NCBI RefSeq assembly: GCF_900199515.1
Contig: NZ_LT963434.1
Coordinates: forward strand, 753,272-785,271
Source: Massilicoli timonensis
GTDB lineage: Bacteria > Bacillota_I > Bacilli_A > Erysipelotrichales > Erysipelotrichaceae
Reading direction: 5' to 3'
DNA: 32,000 nt
Part shown: piece by piece, positions 8,921-16,361 of the stretch
Numbering within the stretch: the stretch's first letter is position 1
Layout: each line of letters starts with the position of its first letter
Program-made: the position numbers and the translations under genes
The notes under the pieces: model-generated
What the model saw: the letters and a program-made list of their open reading frames with translations, nothing else
Told to the model about the DNA's origin: nothing
Database searches by the model: none

Positions 8921-10285
8921 ATGAAAACGGATCGTATCAAACTCATGAGTGAAGCACCCGTATCAAAAGCGTTGTTTCAGTTGGGAATCCCAATGGTCAT
9001 CAGTATGCTGGTGACTGCGCTCTACAACGTGGTAGATACATATTTTGTTTCCGGCCTTGGAAAACAGGCAGTGGCCGCTGTATCAGTTGCCTTTCCCATT
9101 TCCTTGATTTTTTCCGGCATTGGGCTGACATTCGGTGCCGGTGCGGGTTCCTATATCTCCCGGCTCCTCGGAAAAAAGGACAAAGAGATGGCGGAGCGGG
9201 TGGCTTCTACCGCCATGTTCAGTAGCATTGTTACTGGTCTGCTTGTGGCCGTGATACTATTAGTGGCATTAAATCCAGTCCTGGAATTTATGGGAGCAAT
9301 CCCTTCCATCTTTGATTTGGCAAAGGACTATGCTGTGCTCTTTATCATCAGCACTGTTTTCAGCACAGCGAATGTAACTGCGGGAAATCTGGCCGTTGCC
9401 CAGGGAGCGTCCAATATTTCGCTGACTGCAATGATCGGTGGCGCGGTACTCAATGTAATTTTAGACCCGATTTGTATTACTTCTTTGAACATGGGGGTTC
9501 GTGGTGCTGCGGTCGCCACGTTGATTTCACAGATTGTTACCAGTGCCATCTATGTTTGGTTTTTCGTGGGTGGAAAGAGCTATCTGAAGATTGCCTTTTC
9601 CAAATTTAAGCCTTCTGTCGGAATTTATGGTGAGATTTTGAAGGTGGGCGTTTCCATGCTGTTGCTTCAGCTGCTTTCCAGTCTTTCCATGAGCCGTATA
9701 TCCGCCGCTGCCGGAGTTTATGGCGAGGACGCGATTGCGGCCATGGGCATTGTGCTGAGGATTGTGACATTGGGGGTAAATGTAGTATTCGGGTATATGA
9801 AAGGTTTTCAACCCATGGCTGGGTTCAATTACGGAGCAAAAAACTATTCTCGCTTAAACGAAGCTATCCGGAGCTGTATGAAGTGGACTACCATTTTTTG
9901 TGTCGCATGGACGATATTGATTTTCCTACTGGCTACGCCTATTCTCTCCCTGTTTGGCGATGATCCGCAAGTCCTGGAGATTGCCGTTCCGGCTCTAAAA
10001 GCAAACACAATTTTGTTTTTTACCTTTGGTTTTCAGTTTACCTATTCTACGCTCTATCTCTCCATGGGAAAAGCATTGGGGGGTGGTTTCCTAAACATTT
10101 GTCGGCAAGGGATTATGTTTATGCCGGTCATTCTAATTCTGCCTGGAATCTTGGGACTAAATGGAGTGATATGGGCACAGGCGGTTGCAGACATCTTAAC
10201 CACTCTTGTAACGGTTGTATTTGCGGTTCATATTCACAAAGAGCTACAAAGATCCATTAAGATAATGAATCAAAGCGCAGATTGA
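8921..10285 (+). CDS. MATE-family efflux transporter
   Basis: About 12 TM segments. N-terminus PVSKALFQLGIPMVISMLVTALYNVVDTYFVSGLG is typical of MATE. Start taken at the ATG at 8921 after GGAGAG. Confidence 0.85.
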   Translation: MKTDRIKLMSEAPVSKALFQLGIPMVISMLVTALYNVVDTYFVSGLGKQAVAAVSVAFPISLIFSGIGLTFGAGAGSYISRLLGKKDKEMAERVASTAMFSSIVTGLLVAVILLVALNPVLEFMGAIPSIFDLAKDYAVLFIISTVFSTANVTAGNLAVAQGASNISLTAMIGGAVLNVILDPICITSLNMGVRGAAVATLISQIVTSAIYVWFFVGGKSYLKIAFSKFKPSVGIYGEILKVGVSMLLLQLLSSLSMSRISAAAGVYGEDAIAAMGIVLRIVTLGVNVVFGYMKGFQPMAGFNYGAKNYSRLNEAIRSCMKWTTIFCVAWTILIFLLATPILSLFGDDPQVLEIAVPALKANTILFFTFGFQFTYSTLYLSMGKALGGGFLNICRQGIMFMPVILILPGILGLNGVIWAQAVADILTTLVTVVFAVHIHKELQRSIKIMNQSAD

Positions 10286-10317
10286 TTATCAATATAGAAA
10301 AAGAGGGAATTTCAAAA

Positions 10318-10689
10318 ATGAAACTTCATGCGTCCGGGGAGGACTATCTGGAAAGCGTCCTTGTTCTCCAAAAGAAACTCGGTATGGTGCGCTCTGTAGA
10401 TGTTGCCCGGCACATGGGTGTGTCAAAGCCAAGTGTATGCGTGGCAGTCAATACTCTGAAAGATGGCGGCTTTCTCACAATGGACGAAAATCATTTTCTC
10501 CATTTGACCGATATTGGCAGAGAGGTTGCTGAACAGATTTATGAAAAGCACTGCTTTTTTACTGAGCAGCTTATCGCCGCAGGAGTTGACCCGAAAGTGG
10601 CGGAAGAAGATGCCTGCCGGATTGAACATATTATCAGCGATGAGAGCTTTTCACGGCTGAAAGAGGCAGCTGCACAAGAGCAAGAATAA
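10318..10689 (+). CDS. DtxR/MntR-family metal-dependent transcriptional regulator (short form, no SH3-like domain)
   Basis: GEDYLESVLVL...VRSVDVARHMGVSKPSVCVAVNTLKDGGFL...LTDIGREVAEQIYEKHCFFTEQL...ACRIEHIISDES matches the winged-HTH plus dimerisation/metal-site layout. Start taken at the ATG at 10318. Confidence 0.8.
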   Translation: MKLHASGEDYLESVLVLQKKLGMVRSVDVARHMGVSKPSVCVAVNTLKDGGFLTMDENHFLHLTDIGREVAEQIYEKHCFFTEQLIAAGVDPKVAEEDACRIEHIISDESFSRLKEAAAQEQE

Positions 10690-11021
10690 ACCGAATAAGC
10701 CAAGCTATCCTGCCCCGCCTGACGGGGAAAGAAAAAAACCGTTGCAGGGCAGGTAGCTTCGTGCGCCCATAATGGATTTTCAGGATACTGCGGCGGTTTT
10801 GAGTACATCAAGGCCGCCGTTTCTTATACCCTCGACAAAGGAGTGACGCCTATACGCTGACACGGCGGCTTTAGGAGGGAGCCGCCATGAAGCACAGAGA
10901 GCTTCGACATAATCTGACAGGAATCAACCTGCTAAAAAAATCCTGACCGTTTATCGGTCTCCATCTGCTTTTGAACAGGCACTATCATGGCTGGTTCAGA
11001 AGCACTATCAAATCCCTTTCG

Positions 11022-11075
11022 AAAGCGCCAGCCGCCGCACACCGGATGCTGGCGCTTTTGCTTGTCGTTTTTTCG
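11022..11075 (+). terminator. Rho-independent terminator
   Basis: AAAGCGCCAGC (11022-11032) pairs with GCTGGCGCTTT (11048-11058), followed by TGCTTGTCGTTTTTT. Confidence 0.6.
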
Positions 11076-11154
11076 GGAATTATCCCGAACGGTGTCGCCC
11101 ACCGCCTCCGTTTCTGTTCACCCGTCAACCCGTGAATCGAAATGGAGGTACATA

Positions 11155-11580
11155 ATGCAGAAGATCAATCTTCGGGAACTGTATCCCGATGTGTATAAAA
11201 CCGATGTCTTTGTGGATGTAGCTGAGGAAGTCCTGGCCGCGATCCGGGGCCAGGAGCAGGACGATGCCGCCTACGAACGCCGGATGTACCGGCACAAGGC
11301 CCATTACTCTCTGAACCGGGAGGATGGTATTGAAAACGATGCCCTCAACCGGCCGCTCACCCCGGAGGAAATTCTGGAGCAGAAGCAGCTGCGGGAGGAA
11401 GTGTACGCCGCGCTGATGCAGCTGACCGCCATCCAGGCCCGGCGTATCTACGCCCGGTTTTACCTGGGCATGACGGTGGCCGAGATCGCCCGAATCGAGG
11501 GCGCTGACCGCCGCCGCGTGTGGGAGAGCATCCGGCGCGGGCTGAAGAAGCTGGCACGTCTGCTGGACACGGCCCGATAA
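11155..11580 (+). CDS. Sigma-70 region-4-type HTH protein (Tn916 ORF7-like element regulator)
   Basis: 141 aa. C-terminal AIQARRIYARFYLGMTVAEIARIEGADRRRVWESIRRGLKKLARLL resembles sigma region 4. ATG at 11155 follows GGAGG. The longer track ORF (10987) would span a terminator. Confidence 0.6.
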   Translation: MQKINLRELYPDVYKTDVFVDVAEEVLAAIRGQEQDDAAYERRMYRHKAHYSLNREDGIENDALNRPLTPEEILEQKQLREEVYAALMQLTAIQARRIYARFYLGMTVAEIARIEGADRRRVWESIRRGLKKLARLLDTAR

Positions 11581-11608
11581 TCTGACCGCCGCATAGTGCC
11601 AAAAGAAA

Positions 11609-11639
11609 GCCGGTGGGGGATTTTTATTCCTCCACCGGC
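11609..11639. terminator. Bidirectional terminator between convergent genes
   Basis: GCCGGTGGGGGA / TCCTCCACCGGC stem (12 bp including one G-U) with loop TTTTTAT. It abuts the XRE stop codon. Confidence 0.6.
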
Positions 11640-12020
11640 TTACTTATCCTCTAAATGTTCATCTGGATCAACCCCGGCCGTCTGCACCATCTCTTTTAGC
11701 TCATCGGCCAAAGCACGGGTCGAATTTAACAGCACTTTTCTGGCAGCCGGAGGGCACGAAAGATAAAGCTGCCGCATATCGTTGGCGGCTTGCTCATCTT
11801 CTGGCAGATCGAGATTCATCAGGGAATCTAAAGATAAATTCAAGACTTTGCCAAAAGCGCGTAGAACCTCAAAAGAAGGGTTTTTCACCCCTCTTTCGCA
11901 GCCTTGAACGTGCTTCAGAGAAACATGGCTCAGATCTGCGAGTTCCTGCTGCGTCAGACCTTTTTCCTTACGCGCTTTTTGTATCCTTCGTCCTAGCTCT
12001 TTTAACAGTTCCATAGGCAC
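11640..12020 (-). CDS. XRE-family HTH transcriptional regulator (element repressor-like)
   Basis: LGRRIQKARKEKGLTQQELADLSHVSLKHVQGCERGVKNPSFEVL is a classic Cro/C1-type HTH. GTG at 12020 lies 6 nt after AAGGAG; an alternative ATG is at 12014. Confidence 0.85.
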   Translation of the reverse strand: MPMELLKELGRRIQKARKEKGLTQQELADLSHVSLKHVQGCERGVKNPSFEVLRAFGKVLNLSLDSLMNLDLPEDEQAANDMRQLYLSCPPAARKVLLNSTRALADELKEMVQTAGVDPDEHLEDK

Positions 12021-12282
12021 TATCGTCTCCTTAATAATATTTTATCGTGCCCATTTTCTTGCCGGAAGAACCTTATAAAAGGTATTTTAGGGTACGATAG
12101 TACCTATTTTATTGTGCTTGCTGGGTACTTGCTCTTCACTAAACTCCTTGTAAGGCGGCAAGACCAAAAATATTTTCAAAAAATCGCATTACCAGACAGG
12201 ACAAATCATCTATTTTTGTCATGGTTGTCAAGAAGGAGTTTTTCTTCTCTGTTCTTTGACAAACGAATAGACGGCATTTCTG

Positions 12283-12650
12283 GTACATAGCCCATGTACG
12301 AGCGAATCAGGCGCGCCGCCAAGAAGGACAAGCCAAGGAGGTGATGAACCGGCTGTCCTGAGCGATCAACGCAAGCCTGAAACCCGGAGGTGGCACTTCG
12401 GGTCGCGGTGACTGCATGGGGGCTTAAAGATACTTCCTCACGGCCTCCTAAAGACTTGGGGGGAACCCTGCGGCGCACGAGCAAAACGACGCTGCGGAGT
12501 TATGACAGCCGCGCCAGCGGAGACCAGGAATGTCCCTATCGTCAGGGGCGCGTGGCAAATGTGACGAAAGTAACGGATATTATCTGAAAGGCTGCGTCCA
12601 TTTGCTGTTAGCAACAACAAGGCATCATTTGGGTGCAGTCCTTTCTTTTC
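12283..12650 (+). ncRNA. Candidate structured RNA or long leader (unclassified; strand and ends tentative)
   Basis: GC-rich, no credible ORF, multiple local helices. A terminal 14-bp helix (12587-12600 / 12630-12644) is followed by CTTTTC. A possible extended -10, TGgTACATA, lies at 12281-12289. Confidence 0.3.
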
Positions 12651-12663
12651 AAAGTCAGATACC

Positions 12664-12693
12664 ATGAGCTGGCAGCTCTGGTTGCCAGCTCAT
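12664..12693. repeat. Perfect 11-bp inverted repeat with 8-nt spacer, 43 nt upstream of the recombinase operon
   Basis: ATGAGCTGGCA-gctctggt-TGCCAGCTCAT, followed by TCATGTGATTTTG. Confidence 0.6.
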
Positions 12694-12735
12694 TCATGTG
12701 ATTTTGAAACCGACTTCAAAGAAAGGAGAACCCTT

Positions 12736-12948
12736 ATGAGCCAGCTAACACAAACATCAACCGATGAATTGGTTGACATCCGTGAAGTCACGGTAGACAA
12801 AGACCTCCCCAAAGAGGAACGAATCGCGGCCTTTCTTCACCAGATCAAAAATCCCTATCGCTTTCGCTGCGGTGATTTTGTGGTAAACGCCGCATTTGCC
12901 AGCAACGGGGTCACATTGGAGGAATGCCTGCAAGGGATTTTAAGGTGA
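12736..12948 (+). CDS. Small conserved element protein (DUF6870-like, from memory) preceding serine recombinases
   Basis: 70 aa: MSQLTQTSTDELVDIREVTVDKDLPKEERIAAFLHQIKNPYRFRCGDFVVNAAFA... RBS AAAGGAGAA. I recall this type of protein upstream of clostridial LSR genes; unverified. Confidence 0.55.
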   Translation: MSQLTQTSTDELVDIREVTVDKDLPKEERIAAFLHQIKNPYRFRCGDFVVNAAFASNGVTLEECLQGILR

Positions 12949-13070
12949 TCGACATCCTCGCTCTTTTTCCAAAAGCGTGCTACGATGTGTATGGAAAAGG
13001 ATGAAAACTGAAAACCTCGAAATCCACTCTTTTCTTGCGGGAGCTTCCAGGAGGAAAGGAGTGCTTTTTC

Positions 13071-14699
13071 ATGCCAAAATATCAGGCAACAGCTTACATT
13101 CGTCTGTCTTACACCGATGATCGCTCCAGCGAGAGCGACAGCGTTACCAACCAGCGGAAGCTGATTGAGAACTTCATTGAACGAAACCCGGACATTCAAA
13201 TCGTATCCGAAAAAATCGACGATGGTTACAGCGGTATCATTTTTGACCGTCCGGCGTTTAAGGAAATGATGCAGGACATCACCGATGGCAAGATCAACTG
13301 CGTCATTGTAAAGGACCTCTCCCGTCTGGGACGGGAGTACATCGAAACCGGACGCTATCTGCGCCGGGTGTTCCCCACTTATGGGGTTCGTTTTATTGCC
13401 ATCACGGATAACATCGATACCGCCCATGAAGGCAGCGGTGACGATCTGACCGTATCCGTCAAGAACATTATGAACGAAGCCTACTGCCGGGACATTTCCA
13501 TCAAGACCCGTACCTCTTTGGATATAAAGCGGCGGAACGGAGATTTTGTTGGAGCTTTCCCTGTTTACGGCTATATGAAATCCGAGGAAAACAAAAATCT
13601 GCTTGTACCTGACCCGTATGCTTCCCGCGTTGTCCGCGACATCTTCCGTATGCGTCTGGATGGGACAAGCGCCCTGCGGATCGCCACTACCTTAAATGAG
13701 ATGGGCGTCCTGTCGCCACTGGCCTATAAGAAAAACAATGGTTTCCCTTATGCCAAACACGGCTATGCCGACAAAGAGGATTGCAAGTGGTCTGCTACAA
13801 CGATTATTCGTATTTTGCAGGATGAAACCTACATTGGCACATTAGTACAGGGGAAGCAAGGCACCCCGCACTATAAAATCAAGCAGATGGAGCAGCGGCC
13901 ATCCTCTGAATGGATTCGCGTTCCTGATGCCCATGAGCCGCTGATTGCCAAGCAGGATTTTGAACTGGTCCAGCGTATCCGCAGACTGGATACCCGGACT
14001 TCTCCCAAGCAGGATACAGTGTATCTGTTTTCCGGCGTCTTGATCTGCGGGTGCTGTGGGAGCCGCATGACGCGAAAAACAAACCGGGTCAAGGGCAAGG
14101 AATATCACTATTATTATTGCCCCACCGGGAAAAAGCATGGCTGCACCAACCCGGTAATGCTCAAGGAAAGCGATCTTGTAGAGTGCGTCAAGGACAGTCT
14201 GAAAGGCTACATCGACAATGTAAGCTGCCTGCAAGCCATCCTGGACGGCATCGACCAGAGCAGCATCAACCAAGCACTTGCCAATGAATACGCCTCCCAC
14301 ATCGCCGCCAATGAGCAGCAGGTGGAACAGGCGCTTGAATTTAAGGCCCGACTGTATGAAAGCCTGATTACCGGCACCATCAGCAAAGAGGAATATACCG
14401 ACTATAAGGCCAGATACACGAGGATTGCGGAAAACGCGAAAGAGAGTATTCGGGTCTTAAAGGAAAAGCTGGCTGATGTTCTGGAGAACCGGAGTGAACG
14501 GAACCGCTGGATTTCCCACTTCACACAGTTTTCTACGATGGAGACCCTGGACCGCAAAGCTGTGGTTCACATGATACAGAGTATCAAGGTGATTGGAAAA
14601 AAGGAATTGGAGATCACCTTTACATACCAGGACGAATACCAGAAAGCGATCCAGCTGATCCAGCTGGCAGAGCAAACAAGCCAAAGAAAGGTGGGATGA
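13071..14699 (+). CDS. Large serine recombinase 1
   Basis: AYIRLSYTDD (nucleophile Ser), VIVKDLSRLGREY, Zn-ribbon CGCCGSRM...YYYCPTGKKHGC, C-terminal coiled coil. ATG at 13071 follows GGAGGAAAGGAG. Confidence 0.92.
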   Translation: MPKYQATAYIRLSYTDDRSSESDSVTNQRKLIENFIERNPDIQIVSEKIDDGYSGIIFDRPAFKEMMQDITDGKINCVIVKDLSRLGREYIETGRYLRRVFPTYGVRFIAITDNIDTAHEGSGDDLTVSVKNIMNEAYCRDISIKTRTSLDIKRRNGDFVGAFPVYGYMKSEENKNLLVPDPYASRVVRDIFRMRLDGTSALRIATTLNEMGVLSPLAYKKNNGFPYAKHGYADKEDCKWSATTIIRILQDETYIGTLVQGKQGTPHYKIKQMEQRPSSEWIRVPDAHEPLIAKQDFELVQRIRRLDTRTSPKQDTVYLFSGVLICGCCGSRMTRKTNRVKGKEYHYYYCPTGKKHGCTNPVMLKESDLVECVKDSLKGYIDNVSCLQAILDGIDQSSINQALANEYASHIAANEQQVEQALEFKARLYESLITGTISKEEYTDYKARYTRIAENAKESIRVLKEKLADVLENRSERNRWISHFTQFSTMETLDRKAVVHMIQSIKVIGKKELEITFTYQDEYQKAIQLIQLAEQTSQRKVG

Positions 14700-14702
14700 T
14701 TT

Positions 14703-16361
14703 GTGGCAAGAAAAAGCAGAAAGGAAACTGTGGTGCTCCCTGCACCGGAGATAGATCCCTCTTGCCGCGCTGGAGTTTATGTGCGGCTTTCCGTTGAGGA
14801 TAAGCATACCCACACCGTTTCTATCGAAACCCAGCAGCTGATTATCGCCCGGTATCTGGAGCAGAACCCGGAGATTATTGTGGTACAGACCTACATTGAC
14901 AATGGCGCAACGGGTACGAACTTCCACCGCCCCGGCTTCCAGCAGATGCTCTCCGATATTGAAGCGGGTCTTATCAACTGCGTCATTGTAAAGGACCTCT
15001 CCCGCCTGGGGCGAAATGTCATAGACACAGGCTACTATATCGAGCGTTACTTTCCCATGCAGAAAGTCCGCTTTATTGCCGTAAATGACCGCTACGATTC
15101 TTCTTCCCCGGATAATGCCCACGATGGTATCATCATCCCGCTGCGGAACATGATTAACGAAGCCTATGCGATGGATATTGCCAGGAAAATCAAAGCCCAG
15201 CAGCGGCAGGCCATGAAAGACGGCAAGTATGTTGGTGGGCGCACACCCTATGGATATTTGAAAGCTCCAGATGATTGCCACCAGCTGATTGTTGATCCTG
15301 TGGCTGCCGAGGTAGTCAAAACCATGTTCCAATGGGCCGCCGAGGGCGCAGGATTAAACACCATAGCGGTACGATTGAACGAGGCCGGGTATCTCTCTCC
15401 CAGCCACTACAAGAGGACTTTGGGAGAGATCACCCATGAAAATCTGGTAGGCAATGGGCATTGGCAAACCCGCACCGTAGCCAAAATTCTTCGCGCAGAG
15501 GTTTATACCGGAGATCTGGTGCAAGGGGTATCTAAAATCATTGACCACAAGCAGGTCAGAGCCAGCGCCGATGAATGGACAACGGTACGCGGCACCCATG
15601 AAGCCATCATCAGCCGGGAGCTGTTTGCCGCTGTTCAGAAAGCGTTGGACCAGGCTGCACAGCAGGCAAAAGACAGGGAGATCCATTCCTGGTCCCCCAA
15701 TCTTTTGAAAGGCAAAATCTTCTGCGCCCACTGCGGACGCAGCCTTCACCGACAGAAATGCGTCCGCAGAAAGTCACAGGAGGTATATGTCTACCACTGT
15801 ATCAGCAACAACCGTATCAAAAAGGGCGTTTGTCCTGGTGCATTTATCTTTGAAAAAGAGCTGCTGGATACCTTGGCCGATATGATACAGGAACAGCTTG
15901 ATACCACGCTGGGGCAATACTCTCTTGGTCTGGAAAACCTCTCCAAAGAAGCCGAGGAACAGAAAAACATACAGGCTAAAATCGCCAGCCGGAAACAGGA
16001 AATCCAGCAGCTGCGAACCTATCAGCGTGGATTGTATGAGGGCCTGATCCAGAACCGTCTTTCAAAAGACGAGTATTTTACCTTCAAAGAAAAATACGAA
16101 GCCAAAATCGAGGCCATCAGCAAAGAAATCGAGCAGCTGAAAGCAGGGCTTGCGATTCTCGCCAAGCAGCTGGAACAGTATAAAATGCTGTCCCAGGATG
16201 CACAGCATATCAAGGAAGATCGCCAGCTGACGGCAGCTCTGATTGACCGCCTGATTGACCGTGTAGAGGTCTCAAGAGAAAAGCGGATTACGGTTCGTTT
16301 CCGCTTCCAGAGCGAATTTGAGCATTGTGAGGAGGTGCTGAGCCAGTGCAGAAATATGTGA
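14703..16361 (+). CDS. Large serine recombinase 2
   Basis: VYVRLSVEDK, VIVKDLSRLGRN, CAHCGRSL...VYHCISNN...GVC, coiled-coil tail. GTG start 3 nt after the rec1 stop, preceded by AAGGTGGG. Confidence 0.9.
   Translation: MARKSRKETVVLPAPEIDPSCRAGVYVRLSVEDKHTHTVSIETQQLIIARYLEQNPEIIVVQTYIDNGATGTNFHRPGFQQMLSDIEAGLINCVIVKDLSRLGRNVIDTGYYIERYFPMQKVRFIAVNDRYDSSSPDNAHDGIIIPLRNMINEAYAMDIARKIKAQQRQAMKDGKYVGGRTPYGYLKAPDDCHQLIVDPVAAEVVKTMFQWAAEGAGLNTIAVRLNEAGYLSPSHYKRTLGEITHENLVGNGHWQTRTVAKILRAEVYTGDLVQGVSKIIDHKQVRASADEWTTVRGTHEAIISRELFAAVQKALDQAAQQAKDREIHSWSPNLLKGKIFCAHCGRSLHRQKCVRRKSQEVYVYHCISNNRIKKGVCPGAFIFEKELLDTLADMIQEQLDTTLGQYSLGLENLSKEAEEQKNIQAKIASRKQEIQQLRTYQRGLYEGLIQNRLSKDEYFTFKEKYEAKIEAISKEIEQLKAGLAILAKQLEQYKMLSQDAQHIKEDRQLTAALIDRLIDRVEVSREKRITVRFRFQSEFEHCEEVLSQCRNM

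Noticed and set aside
10864-10946. 19-codon ORF (MKHRELRHNLTGINLLKKS) with AGGAGG displayed in the loop of a 7-bp hairpin (GGCGGCT/AGCCGCC)
   Set aside because: The RBS is good, but the ORF is too short and has no features to support as a gene. It may be a remnant of the element body or a leader peptide. It is not callable without conservation data.
10987-11154. N-terminal 56-aa extension of the sigma-like ORF
   Set aside because: It would read through a rho-independent terminator (11022-11075) and has odd composition. The ATG at 11155 has a proper GGAGG.
12380-12560. Possible cobalamin or c-di-GMP-II riboswitch (GGAGACC, GGTGGCAC, GCCTCC fragments)
   Set aside because: There are only short partial matches to the B12 box and other conserved cores. 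The order and spacing are wrong, and the genomic context (a mobile-element recombinase operon) does not fit. I cannot support either call by eye.
12206-12665. Three track ORFs (92, 65, 75 aa) inside the putative RNA region
   Set aside because: They overlap one another on both strands and have R/P/G/S-rich non-protein-like composition. None has an SD at proper spacing. The AAGGAGGTGAT at 12335-12345 is only 2 nt from its ATG, which opens a 5-codon ORF.
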